A stretch of DNA of 64,000 nucleotides from Klebsormidium nitens (Eukaryota > Plantae > Klebsormidiophyceae). A program made the position numbers and the translations under genes. Positions 10,601-23,500 of the stretch are shown here, in pieces. Position 1 is the stretch's first letter. Each line of letters begins with the position of its first letter. Location: the NCBI GenBank assembly GCA_000708835.1, contig DF237169.1:73390-137389 (forward strand), written 5' to 3'. Below the pieces are notes generated by a model. It saw only the letters and a list, made by a program, of their open reading frames with translations, searched no databases and was not told where the DNA came from.

Positions 10601-13600
10601 AGTCGCTTTCAGAGACGGCCTTTTTTTTTCGCCCTACTGGCATTTGCGAAAATCGCTACATGCGTCGCCTAGAGCGTTCCACATGCGACCACGTCTTCGA
10701 CGAGGAAGTGTTGTGAAATTCTGCTGGGGTCTTATGCTTGGAAGCTGTACACTTGGAAAGCAAGCAGGCAAAAGCAGATGTTCCCATCAAGAGGCCTGGC
10801 TCATAAAGGCGGGTTAGGATTATTGAATGTGATGCAGCTTCACCGCATCAACTGGGCGCAACGACTAAGCTGCATCTTCCAGGCAAGCCTGCCAAAATGC
10901 ACGGGCAGTCTCAAGATGTTGTTGCGTAGTCGAGCCGAACGGATCAAAGAAAGTTCCTGCTAGAAGACTTCGTCACTCACTTCCAGTAGGCACTCCCCTC
11001 TGAGAAGCGCACAACTGGAGCGTCCCACGCCAAAGAGAAGACGACCTCGCGTTCCTCTCCAGGGGGAACCACTACGGTGGCGCAGACTGCAGCCCCGATG
11101 CTCTTGCCAGGCTTGGACTTAGTGGAGGTCTTTGACACTGCGGTGCCCCGCGCTTCCATGGAAATGAATTTTCCGTGCTGCGGGTTTTAATAGAAATTTT
11201 CTGCTTCCTCAACGGTCAGATTTGATTAGATTAGAAGCATGCTTTGCTTTGGGCACAGATCACCGGAGGGAACAGCATGCAACGGACTCAGATGAGAAAA
11301 CACGACGAGCCTGTGGCCTCTACTGCCTCTGCTAAAGTTAAGTGACAGTGATGAGTTGCGTCCCTGTTAAGCAGATACGCTGCTCCCCTGTTGGGCGGTT
11401 ACAAGTTACCCCAGGTAGCTGGCATGTCTTCTGCCTTCGAGCCAGATCGATTATCACCACAATCACGCCTAGGACTTATCGTCGTCAATTTCGCTCTCAG
11501 GTTAACCCCAGGTCAACTCCTTGGTCGCCTTGTCCAGATCACGACGCACGTACAGAGGAGCCAAGCAACCAGAGCAAACTTCGGCAAGATACTTACATGC
11601 GCAATCTCGTCCCAGACCGCTTTGGCATCGTACGGCGTGCTACCCTCCACGTCGAACGTCTCGCACGTCGTCACCGCCACCTCCTGACTCTGCTGGGCAG
11701 CAATCGCCCACGTGAACTTGTCTGACATGTGCTTCAGCCTGCAGTAAATACACGCCCGCATGACAAGTTGTTCCACACGTGCTGAATCAGTGCTTAGTGA
11801 CAGTACTTATCAACGGCCTTCCTCACCAAGAGTAGCCAAGGGGCTGGAAAAGAATAGTGATATCGACGACCTTGCAGAGTAATAGATTCCAGATCGTTGA
11901 GAAGGGTCGACGGATTTTCTGTTCCGAGCAAAGACCTCCTTTTCCTTGTTCATATAGAATGGGGAGAAAGAATTCCTTCAGCAGCTGCTTCGAGGTGGTT
12001 TACTTAAGAATTCGCAAGGTACTAGACGGATTCTCTGTTCCAAGCAAAGACCTCCTTTTCCTTGTTCGTTAACATGGGGGGAAAAGAATTCCTCCAGCAG
12101 CTGCTTCGAGGTGGTTAACTTGTTCTCCGCGAGGTACCAGACGGACTTTCAGTTTCAAGCAAAGACCTCCTTTTCCTTGTTCATGAAGAATGGGGGAGGA
12201 AAGACTTCCTTCAGCAGCTGCTTCGAGGTGGTTAACTTGGTCTCCGCGAGGTAATAAACGGATGATTCGGTTCCAAGCAAAGACCTCCTTTTCCTTGTTC
12301 GTATAAGGTGGGGGGGAAAGAGTTCCTTCGGCAGCTGCTTCGAGGTGATTATATTGCTTTCCCAAGGTACTAAACGAATTCTTGGTTCCAAGCAAAGACC
12401 TCCTTTCCCTTGTTCGTATAAGATGGGGGGGAAGAATTCCTTCGGCAGCTGCTTCGAGGTGGTTATATTGTTTACCCAAGGTGCTAAACCTAAACGAATT
12501 CTTGGTTCCAAGCGAAGACCTCCTTTTCCTTGTTTGTATAAGATGGGGGGAAACGATTTCCTTCAGCAGCTGCTTCGAGGTGGTTCACTTGTTTTCCGCG
12601 AGGTACTCACTTGTGATTGAGCAGTACGCCGGTGACCCCGTCCTTCTCCTCAAAGCTCGAGTTGGAGTGGCCCCCGGACAGGTGGGTAGCACCCCCTGTG
12701 GAGTTCTGCAATCAAAAAGGATGCGACGACTTGAGGAAAATCCTCGCAGAATGGATCGGTCCTGCTCTAAGTTCAGCTTCCTAACAGTGGCGCCGAATGC
12801 TTTTCACAAAATAGTTGCAAGTAGGGCGCTGTGTATCGAGTAAAAAGACATTCACTAGGAGACAGACGAACCAAAATTGTTGCCCGGACAGAGTGATTAG
12901 TGTTTGGTTGATTCGCCCACCCAGCTATGGCACTTACCGCAAACGTGAAGAGGACGGACACTTGAGCATCGTCTTTGCCCGTGTTTGCAATCTGCAGATG
13001 CGCCACAGACAGCTGGTCAGTCTTTTGAGGACAGCGAGCAACAACTGGACGCATATAGAAACGACTCCAAAGCTCCAACGTCAAGCCATGCCTCGTAACA
13101 CACCAAAATCGCTTCTATGCTCAGCTTGAAGCGGCATGAAGCAGCACGCAAGGTTTCAGAACATCCTGGGGTTTCCTGGACGCTCAATTTGTGAAGGTTA
13201 AATGGCAGCATACAAGCGGGGTAAACAGGATGCCAGACAAGTAGCTCTCTACTTTGGTTGAAAGAGAACCTTGTATAACCTGTGCCAGGTGTTTGTCTTC
13301 AACTGAAACTTCGCAGGTCTGTCTACAACCGTCTTCTTACAATCCAGATGCCCATAACACCGATTCTAAGCAGTCTTATTCGAGTCGAGCCATCCAGATG
13401 CCCATAACAACGATTCTAAGCAGACTCATTCGAATCGAGCCATCCAGACCATCAGATTATTGGTCGACCCTCACCAAGTAGGAGAAGACCGCAACAGGGT
13501 AGCTGCTGTCCTTGTAGTTGTGGGGAAGGAAAGGGGACACCTGGCGGCACGAGATCTTCAACTCTGGATCGGGTTCGCCTGTACGAGACAAGCCGCAGCG

Positions 13601-16600
13601 TCATGAGGATTGCGCATGTGCTTCGGATCCATTCCATCTCCAGCAGACGTCTTGCGGTGAAGTATGGGAGGCCACAGACTGAGACACAGCTAACAAGGGA
13701 CTGAAAAGAAGGTCACGATGAAACGGACAGGTAGGCACAGAATGGACTTATCTATCGTACATGGGCCCCTGAGACGGGGTGTTCGTGCAACTTGGGGCAA
13801 AGGGGGACAAGCTCTCCTCTCCGAAGCCCGGTCGACATTCAGCCGCGTCGATGGTTTCCCTTCGACTTTCACTTCCGAATATGCCAATGCCAAACCACGG
13901 CTTTATTTCCTTTTCCTGGAGGTTGGCAATGCAGGTGAGCTTCAACTTCGCAACCTTATACTAACAGAAAAGGGGAGACCGAAAGATCAGTCTTACCATC
14001 GTAAACCGTCCATGCGCGAGGAAAGAGCGCGTGGTACGTCGACTTGTCCCCTTTCAGATTCCAACCCCATGTGGCTATCCCCGTCGGGGGCTCAGGCGCC
14101 TTCTTCTTGTCCTTCGGCTTCGGGGGACTGCAAGAAGGTTATGCGAGTTGTCAACGATAACAGTCTGCTTTGTACGCACCTCACAACCTGAGATTAAATT
14201 TTTCCAAGGCTTGGCCCAGATGGAGGAGGGCAGCAAGCACGCTCAAGGAAACGTTGATTGAAAGCAGGAAGCAGTCGCCAAAAATTGAAGCATGCATCCT
14301 GGCAACGAGGGGACACGCTTAGTTGCGCGAACCAATAGTGGCGGCGAAGTAAGTGCTTGCGATATACAGCACGAGTTGGAATCCTGTTGACATGACTACT
14401 TGAGAAATAGGGACCAGATATCGTCACTGATCCAAAGATTTGAGTTGACCACCCACATCAGCTCCTCAGGGCGCCCGGGGTAGAGCACGCTGGAGAACCT
14501 CTTGTGCCCGTCTGCTCCTCGCTTGATGAAAACCTACGGTGAAGAAAAGCGAACTGAGAATTGATAACGCCTCAGGAAAGATGATGCGAAGGCCTTGGAG
14601 GCAATCAGCAAATCTTGGGAAACATGACCCGCCGTCCAGGCAACGACCCAGCCTTTTGCGGGCCAACAAAGGCGTCCTGTGGTGTCGAATCCTCTGCACT
14701 TCTTTACATTTGAAAACATTTACTTGAGCCTTTCATGAAGTCGGATGTGACACGTCTGCAGTTGGCCGCAATATTTTTCCTGTCGAAAGACATTCTGACA
14801 GTGAGCACATGGCTCTACTCAACGGTCCAAGCCATGCGTTTCGATTATTTTAGCTGGTACTACGAATTGTCTGCCTCTTCCTCTCTAACAAATCGTCGAA
14901 CCCCTTGCAAAAGACTCACGGAAAACTGATCAGCTAGCACAGGCGCCTCGTCACAGATCCCCGGCTGAAGCTGCCATCGCCGGAAGTCCCCCCGCCAGCC
15001 CCTGCCAATGCTTCCCCCCCTGTACAGCATGAGAAACAATAAGGAACCTTTCTTGGAATCAACACATCAATTCGTCAGTATCTGGCAGCTATTTCCACGG
15101 CAACCGTTTTTCTTGGAACTTATACATCAATTCGTTACTATCTGGTCAGCTGATTCCATAACCATCGTCTGTTGTTTCTTTCCATCCAAATCTAGGATCA
15201 AAAACTGCACGACAAAACCCCACTTGCATTCAGCCCCACAGGTCTCTTCCTCATACGCATCCAAACCAGTGGCGATGATAATTTTGCCCAATCTCCTCAA
15301 TCAAACCCGCACTGAAAGTGATGTTTGTTGACAGAGTCATCAGCAAGGAATGTTTGACGGAAACAGCTCTCACCCAATGCCCCCAAGTGGGACACCGTGG
15401 CACGCCTGTGGCCGCGTGACGGACTTATTGAACGGGTCAATGATTGGCACTCGTCCCTGGCTGCGCTCTTCCAGGACATGACGGTACAAGCGCAGGCCCA
15501 GTCGCGCCTGGATATCAGAGGGGCCAGTGTCAAGGTCCAAGTTTTAGCTCCTAAGTACCAGACTGTGACGCGAAAATAAGTAGGAACTTAGACCTGCCGT
15601 CAACGCTACAATACCTCTTTTACACACTCTGAACTTGGAGACAACACCTTTGGGCGTTGACTCAGCAGAGTCTCCATGCATGAGGCAGAGTAGTCCCTGA
15701 AAGTACTGGGTGCAAGCTCATCAGCGCCATTTGTCTGGAAGGTGGGGCATGTCAAAAAGAATGTCACGAAGTCTGCATGATTCATGTACAGTTCAACCTT
15801 CACATGTTTTGAGAATCTTTGACACATCCCCACGGCCCAGAGCAAGCACTCTGCCCCTGGCCGGAGTTGTTGCAGTATGCATTGTTTCGAGCCCCAACCA
15901 GAAACTTGCCGGGCGCAGAACCTCTCACCATCTTGAACGCCTCCGAGACTGTCACCGTGAACTCCTTGAGCAGACTGACGGGCAGGTTCAACTTCCGCCG
16001 CCACGCCAGGCTGGGGGGCGCCACGCCCTTTGTTGCTAGCTGCAGAACTCCCCCCCCCCAGATTTGCAACAATCAGTTTCTGCCAAATGGTGTGACCAGA
16101 GCAACTTTTGTACGGTCCAGTGTAGGATCTCTTGGGTCAGGGGCACTCGTCTACTCTTTCAGCAGCGTGTCGCACTTGCATGCTGCCAGAAGGTAGGCAG
16201 TTCTGCTGAACGTGTAAACTCTGGAATGACAGCGCACAACAGCTCATGCCCCTCATCTTTGAAATAGGGCAGAAAACACTGACAATTTACGCACCCAAGT
16301 CTCAAAGTTCACGCAGAGTGTCTGAGCTCCATCTATGTAACATATTGAACTTTTTTGATTGTGCTTAGAGCAGACCTCTTCGCAGCTTCACTTGTTGCTT
16401 CATCCAGAATGTTGTCATTCCATGAAGTAGAGCTTGAACATATCACCATAGACTCAATACACGCAGCCACGTCGATTGCATGCCACTAGTCAAGCCCTTG
16501 ATAAGATCAGCTTGAACGCAATCCGTGGCAGCAACTTCACTCAGAAGCCCATCAGCCAACCTCCTTCCACAGACCAACGCTTCTCCTAGCTAGTCTCCAA

Positions 16601-16771
16601 CAAAGCTCTTCTCACCAACTGCAAGGTAGGCTTGTTGATGAAGTCGTTCAGCGGCCATGACGGCTTCCTTCTGTGCCCCGGTTTCAAGGAGAAGGACCCT
16701 GACTTGCTCCTCTCGTAAGTCTCCGACTTCTTAGATTCCAAAACTTTAGTGTGTTCAGGTCCGTCTGCCAT
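1676..16771 (-). CDS. GBA2: Non-lysosomal glucosylceramidase (GH116), about 20 exons
   Basis: Exons joined by GT-AG with the matching phases where checked: [20 protein letters not shown] (16771-16616), [10 protein letters not shown] (16039-15929), [89 protein letters not shown] (nucleophile Glu region), [27 protein letters not shown] (acid/base Asp region), [55 protein letters not shown]. Last exon ends at 1676. Confidence 0.97.
3938..4020. repeat. Degenerate AAACC(C/T)-type microsatellite just inside a GBA2 5' splice site
   Basis: accaaacctaaactcaaacccaaaacgaaaccccaaaatccaaattcaaacctcaaacctc; reads as (T)3-4GG(G)-like units on the transcribed strand. Confidence 0.6.
5601..5762 (-). ncRNA. 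U1: U1 spliceosomal snRNA, nested in a GBA2 intron (4256-6327) on the same strand
   Basis: Minus strand reads ACTTACCTGG (5' splice-site recognition), stem-loop I loop GATCACGAAG (U1-70K site), stem-loop II loop ATTGCACT (U1A site), Sm site AATTTGTGG, and terminal stem GGGGGCTCGCG-TTCG-CGCGGCCCC. About 160 nt. Confidence 0.97.
5785..5824 (-). promoter_or_regulatory. U1 promoter: TATA box and a possible USE-like element
   Basis: TTTATAAA at 5792-5785, about 28-30 nt upstream of the U1 5' end. ACCCACAACC at ~5821-5812 loosely resembles the angiosperm USE (RTCCCACATCG); this part is weak. Confidence 0.65.
6730..7090 (-). repeat. Three copies of a GBA2 exon 3' end plus donor (one real, two intronic)
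   Basis: Real junction TGGAAGGACCTCAACCCCAAGTTCGTGCTGCAG|gtcagc (exon ends 7057). Copy 2 TGGAAGGACCTCGTGCTGCAG|gtcagt (~6905-6878). Copy 3 AAGTTCGTGCTGTAG|gtcggc (~6767-6745). The downstream flanks are also similar. Confidence 0.8.
11915..12611. repeat. Intronic tandem array, 6 copies of a ~117 bp unit
   Basis: Core GCAGCTGCTTCGAGGTG starts at 11981, 12097, 12214, 12331, 12445 and 12566 (periods 116, 117, 117, 114, 121). Every unit also carries gcaaagacctccttttccttgtt or a near variant. Confidence 0.95.
13341..13449. repeat. Intronic 50 bp tandem duplication (about 2.2 copies)
   Basis: atccagatgcccataaca(c/a)cgattctaagcag..attcga.tcgagc occurs twice, followed by catccaga. Confidence 0.9.
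15050..15160. repeat. Intronic ~60 bp imperfect duplication
   Basis: ttcttggaa..acatcaattcgt.a.tatctgg.cagct..tcca occurs twice. Confidence 0.75.
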
Positions 16772-17579
16772 GACTGGAGTTCTAAGAGAGCTCCTTGCTG
16801 TTCGTTCTTGAAGCTAAGGCGTAATCACCCACAATGTAAATCACCCCCCTGGATTTCAAAGCACATCAGATGCATCCATTTGCCTCCGTCCTCGTCAATC
16901 GGCTGGCTAATGCGCCACAGGCCTTTTAGCATCTGAAGGCCCACAAACGCTCAACCCGTTGAACATTCCAATGAAGTAGCGCATCTGACGTGAGGGGAAG
17001 CCCTTGCTATGATCTCCAGATTGGGGGCCATGCATGGAACTGGAGTTTCAAATTCATCAGGGAAGCTGTCCCAACCCACGACATTGTTCAATTGGTGTAA
17101 GCAGGGACGACTTTGTAACTTGCAGCCAATAGAAATTCTACAAGCTGCCACGTCGTTCTGCCATTTTGGCCTAGGGGTTAGTAGACAGCCTACCAGGCAC
17201 CCCTCTCAGGGGTCCGGCGGAACTATCACTCATGACGTGGCACATGCACGTGGTCACTGCCCACGCAAGTCTGCTTTTCAGACTCCTTGATGATTGGTTC
17301 AACGAGCTCGCTGGCACTGCAGTCTCAGAGCAGAAGAGCTGGAGACTGAGGACCGTTTGCTAGGTGGTAGATAGCGCTAGTCAGCGACCAGCTAGCCGTC
17401 ATGGGCGACATGTGAAAGTCGTAGCTACTTACCCAAAGTTTTGCTTTGGAAACGTCGGAGCGTGGTTTGCTTGTTGGATTCAACAGTGTGCATCGCAGCT
17501 TTTTGTCATACCCATCGGGCATAGCGTACAAGGCAGAGCGCAGCCGGCGATTCGATCGAAGCTGGCGAGTCTGAACCTG

Positions 17580-20500
17580 ATGGCAGGCGTTTCTGCGCAC
17601 TGCTTGCTCCTTGTCTTTTTGGGCAGTCTGCTTTCAGCTGCACTTGCACGTGAGTTTAGTTTGAGGTTGCTCATCCATTCGGGACGCTTGCTTTCACGGG
17701 TTGACAAACAGGGAGCTTGGACCTCACTTATAAGTTTGGACTGCTAGCCTTTCTCGATCGACGAGCTTTTGTCTCAGGTTTGAAAAGCTGCTTGCTGCTG
17801 TGATCTGGACACGAAAAAGGCCACAATCGATTGAAAACAAATGGTCGACCACATGCTACAAGTCTTAGAGATGCATAGTGCGTGTGTGTATCTTTGTGTG
17901 TGTGTATGTCTGTTTGTGCGATGCATAGTGCCTAGCGGCCCCACAGGAAATCCATTCACTATGTCAAGGCCGGGTTGCCTACAGCTGGAGCGATGTGACA
18001 AGGATCTTTGTCTGTTCTCTGTTGTTCACCAAAACGATGCGGTAGACGCTACGATTGCCTCAAAACACACCGCATATCAGATGGTGTTGACACCTCTTTT
18101 GCCTTACCATTTCAAAAAACCCAGCTTTTATCACTTTGAGCAGGAGGGAGTGCCCTCTGTCCCTGTGTGGGGTGGTATGAATCTTGTCAGAATGTGGTAG
18201 CCATGTTTTGCATGAGTGGCATAGGCTTTTTATGTTGTTCCAGTTCATTGAATAAACCTCAAAAGTCATTCTTTTCCGAAGCTCACCCGCTCATAGGCTT
18301 GAGCAAGCTGCTGCAGAAACCAGCTTTGCGTGCATGTTACCTCATCAGCTGCTTGCTTATCTGATGTGTGCAAAAGTACTCATGCTGGTGCATTGTTGGA
18401 TTCAGAGTCGGATGGGCCGCAAATGCTGCTCTTTGGCGACCATGTTGCGATGGCGAGAGCGGGCCCCAACTTTCCCACCACGCAGCTGACCTTTGAAACG
18501 TGGCTGAAGTCGCACGATGTGAGTATGCTAATGTTCATTGGTGCTGTGCTGGGAAATGTTGAATGATAGTAAAATCAATTCACTATCAATGCTTTTCGTA
18601 TTTTGAAGGTAAGCGCGACATGTTGCTCTACAGAACATTGAATCCATTCACTGCAAAGAATTTAATTTTTGGCAATGCTGTGACATCGATGAATCTTTTC
18701 TTTGAAAGCTGTGTGCTTTCTTGCTGGACATTTCTTCTCCACCGACGTGAAGTGTTACTCAGTCTCACGGACTACTTTGAGGTGTGCCGCCAGGTACTCC
18801 AGCAGTGCCCAGGGTTGCTGGGTGCATTTGCACTACGCTTTTACGATTCAAAAGTCAGTCCCTTGCTTGAGGCAATTGAAGCCAGGCAGGTGTCTACTTT
18901 CATTGACTGACCTCCACTCAAAGGACAGAAATTGTCTAGCCATCTCTTTACTTCCCCTTCTCCAGTTTTCAAACAAAGCAGAAGCGTTTCTAGGAGAAGC
19001 GAATCGGTTTGTATAGTGTCGGTTCAGTTTACACTGTCAAAGGAACGCTCCTGATCTTTCTGCCTGCTCTGACACGCGCAGACTTGCCACAAGTCCACGC
19101 CGTTCTCCTACAGCGGCCCCAACAGTCCCGGCGGCAATGGATTTGTCATCTTTGACTCGGGCGATGACATGATTATCTGCATAGAGGAGCTGTACATCGT
19201 TCCAACATGCTATGGGTGGCAAGATAATGGGATCAAAGTCGGCCTCTCGGACGGGCTTTGGCACCATCTGGCGGTGAGGACAGGAGTTGGACGTAGATGC
19301 AAGGATCCAGTGTCAAATCGATTTCTCATGGGGATGCAAACCCATCAAGCCTGCTCTGGTTGGGAGGAGCAATCGAGGCGGATCCAAGATGAACAGGAAC
19401 CAACGGTCCGGTCGGGGTTTCAAGGATATGTCATGACTGTCTTTTACCAAGTTGGTTTATGATGAGAGGAACATTGATTCAGCAGTTTCGTGGACAAAAG
19501 ATCTGTTCAAGCTGGGATTCCTCAACTTTCTTATCAAGCTGGTAGAGCACAGGCAGAGTCTCAGTAAGCTGAAAGGAACACCTTGTCTCATGGGTAGGTC
19601 TCATGGATCAGGTTCAGCCACTGCAAGCCTAGAGCAATTTCACAATTTTTCCTAGCTTTATCCAGATTTGAGATCGACAACCACTGTATGTTCCTTGTTG
19701 CAGGTCACTTGGAATGGCGAGCAGAGTGGCCGGGTGATGATCTACGTGGACGGGGTGCTGGCGAAGGCCTTTGACACCTTCAAAACGGGGCCGCTACCGG
19801 GCGGCGGAATCATGGTCCTTGGCAATGAACAAGGTGAGGGGATAGGTCAGATTGGGGATAGATTTTCCCATTGCACAAAGCAGTAGGACCAATGCAAGAA
19901 GCATCGTGAGATTTGATAGGGGAAGCAGGTCGTCTCTAAGTCGTCTGCGACTTGGTGTATCAGTTTGAGTGTTGATTGTTCAACTCGTTTTTGAAGGGAA
20001 TGTTGCATGTTGCTGGGGTTGTTTCGAGACCCTTCCTTCTCTTCACCGCTGATTTCTGCCAGTCATGACGCAAAAATCCTTATTTGATAAAGTCAGTTAG
20101 AGCAAGGAAGGAGGGGCCGTGCGCACCATCCGCCATCGAAGGGATAGCTTCCAAAGCGCAGGATCAACCCCGTTGGGTCCGGCAGCGACCAGCTGTTGCG
20201 GTTGTCAGAAGCGTTTGACTCCGATTGGCTAAATTTCGAGAGAGGAGGGATGGCGGGGTGTCTGACAGAAACATAAGCAGGAAAGCCCCTGCGCTTTTCC
20301 CTTGAAGTGACCCTATTTGGTACTCGTTCCCGGGCTCAAAATCTATACCCAAACTGTAACCCCCGTCGTTCTTCCAGATTGTGTGGGCGGCTGCTTTGAG
20401 ACGGGCCAATCGTATTACGGTGCCATGGACGAGATCCGGCTCTGGAGGGTGGAGCGGAGCCAGGCCGAGATTCTGCAGTTGATGCACCAGTCAGGTCCGT

Positions 20501-23500
20501 TCTCCTAAGGGAGTTCATTAATCCAGCCCAGTTGGGTTTCACAAACGGATTCAATAGTTCGAATCAAACCTTTGGGTTTGTTCGTCCGTGCGTTTGTACG
20601 CATGGCAGGGAGTTCAAGCAAGGTCTATGATCCAGTACAACTGGGGCCAACAAATGACTCCAGCACTTGGGGTTTATTTTCTTGGAAGAGTTTGTTTGTT
20701 CGTTTGTTCGTACACCTGACATTCAGTGCGTGGACGTGGATACTTGAGTGATACGCATGAACACGTCAATTGGTTGCCTAGCTTGCGGGTCGAGAGATGG
20801 ATTGGAGTGCTTTGTTGCCAAAGGTTGGGAGCCTTCTTAGTGGAGGAGATTGAGGTAACGGAGGCATTAGCGGAAGAAAGAAGGCAAAAGGATCCGGCGT
20901 GTAGCTTTTGGTGTTGTCGTTTGGCTTACTACGATCGTTGATTGGCCGGCGCCTTAATCATGAAGGCCTGCGAAGGTCGAACCGAGCGGGCGTTCCTATA
21001 CTCGCATTTATCGTCATGTGGGGGCCGTGAAAGTGTAGGCTTTGCAAAGCGTTTCGATTGTTTTTGTACAGTCCGCGTCACATCGTCATAGCCTATGAAC
21101 TTTGTTTCCCTCTCTCGTCGCTGGACAGGTAACCCAGTTCTGTCAGCGCCAGGAGCCAAGGACAATCTGGTGGGCTATTGGCCGCTTGATGAGAGAGGCG
21201 GGGACATTACTTTTGACAAGAGCCATCGAGGTGAGCTTCCTGCCAATTTAGATCAGTCGGCGTCGGCGGAAATGAGATATGTGCATTTGCGTGTGACACC
21301 AGCGACTGGCTTTTGTTGAAGTCTAGAATAGTTTTCAGGAAAGAGAAACGTTGTAGACGAGAGCAGCATGAATTAATCAGCTTATAATCGTTGGGACTTT
21401 GGTCAAGTAGCTTGACAAGAGGCTGTAGTTTTGTTGATATATGACAAAGGCTTTTCATCGCAGTGCCTTCGTTTTAGAAGCAAACACTCAACGAGCTTGC
21501 CTTCCTGCAGGGGGCAACAACTTCAACCTGACATTCCCTCCCGTTCACAACGTCACGAACGAGATGTTCCCGCTCAGGGGATCAACGAACAAAGTCCTTG
21601 CCTTCTCCAACAACTTCGCAAGGAGCACAGCTGTGAAGACGTTCCCGACGGGCAGGTACGAAAGTTTGGGGCTCATCTCCGACTGCCGCCAAGCTTACTG
21701 AAGTCGCCCTGAGGGTTCGTCTATTTTGCACCAATCCCAGCCTTTTCCAGAGAAAGAGCAAGAAGGACGCATTTGCAATTTCGAAAGCGGTCCCGTCAAA
21801 GAGCACCTTTGACATTCTTCCATAATTTCTAATCTCGTGATTTGGTCTCCTCTGATTGGTCCGGTTCACATGATCCATCCTGCAGCGCTCTTCCGGCTTT
21901 CCAAGGCCTTTAGAAGCTCGCATAAGGCACATTCGTCCGCCAATCGTTCTCGATTTGGAATGCACTCATTTGAACTCATGGGCAGAGCCACAACGTGCCC
22001 TGGCTGGCAATTTGCAACACGCTTCATCGGGCTTGATTTTTGTTGTGCAGCTTTTCGGTGGAGATGTGGGCCGTTGATCAGAAGAACCTGGACGCAGGCT
22101 ACGTGAATGAGGGCCGTAGCACGTGAGGACGCCTGTCGTATGTCCTTTTCCCTTCAAGCCGTAGTTCAACCACTGACTGCAGAGTCTGTTGAAATTCAAC
22201 GAGAACATCGCAAAATTTAGCGGATTGCAAGGCCTCGAGCCGCTCTCGTTTGCTGTAGATTCTATTTAGGCTTTCAGCATACATAGTCCCGACGTGTCCG
22301 ATTGTCTTTCTCGATGGCTCCCCTTTACTTTCAAAGTACTTGCAGGACTGCCTTCACTCTACTCCCTTGTGTACGATCTCGCAACATCATTTTCAATGAA
22401 GGTATCTTCGACGGAACTGTTCAGGGTCGGAGAAAGTTGGAAGTTGCGAAAAAGCGCATGCAAACGGCTGTTTGGTCAGCCCTGCTACATCGGTAGTAAA
22501 CGGTAGAGGGCTGACGGGATTGAGGTTTTTACCTGCGCAGTCTCTTTTCATACGCGGCCGAAGTCAGCACCCCAGATGAGTCGGGCAGCCACTTTGAGCC
22601 CCTGGCGGTCTGGATCTACAAGGACAACTCGGACGACCTCATGAGCGTCGTTATCAACTGTGAGAATACCCAACGTCACGGGCGGTTTCCCTTACTTAAA
22701 CTTGACCAGCAGCGTTTCGTCGAGTATCCATGCAGGAAGCGTAGTGTGCAAAGTATTTTCCTTCGGGTTCCAAAAAGCTATCGTATGAATTCAGGTTGGG
22801 ACTGCAACTGCTTACACTTAGTTTTTCCTTACCTCCCTGTTTCAAGAATTGCTGGACATTTTAGCAGCTTCGATCGTAATCCCAAAATTCATCAGAAATT
22901 GAAACCCGATATCTGAAAACATGGCACCATCTATTCACCCCAGCTTCAAAGGGCGCCGATCAATTACTTAGCGCGCAAAACCCCCGTGCAGCCATGGTTT
23001 CTCGCGACACCGAAGTGTTTGCGGAAGACCACAAGTGGCACCACTACGCGCTGACGTGGGACGTAACCACCGGGGTAGCGATCCTCTACATGGACGGGCA
23101 GAAGATGTGGGACGGCAGTGTCGACGCAGGGGCGACACGAGCTGCCAACGGGTGTCTCGTTTTGGGGCAGGTACGAATCATCTCCCGAGTAAAGTCCTGT
23201 AAAGTGCTTCGCTTCCTCCAGAACTTGTCTTTAGCGGGCTTGAAGTCCGTTTTCTACGACTTTCGGTCTCCAGGCCAGTTGAGCTGTCGGTATTTGTTTG
23301 CATAGTCTTAGCCATATCTGCCGAGGAGCCATGTTTCGGGGGTTTCAGTATGGTTGCGTCGCTTCTCTCAACACCGTCGAGCGGAATAAGCAGGTCTTCG
23401 TGGGTTCTAGGGCCCCCTCTTGGTGTGAGCGCGATCTAGAAATTGGATTGCGAAGATAAAGAATGTCAAACCGAGGCTTCTTTGTCTTCGCAAATCGGTT

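Noticed and set aside
12069-12511. ORFs with repeated NHLEAAAEG (12069-12479, 12155-12511)
   Set aside because: The reading frame changes within units from copy to copy and the periods include 116 and 121 bp. This is a by-product of the non-coding array.
11915-12611. CRISPR-like array
   Set aside because: The whole unit is repeated with no unique spacers, there are no cas genes, and the context is a eukaryotic intron.
22099-22284. hAT transposase fragment (YAESLN..SKRERL)
   Set aside because: No other hAT motifs or TIRs were found; ambiguous with the helicase-like reading.
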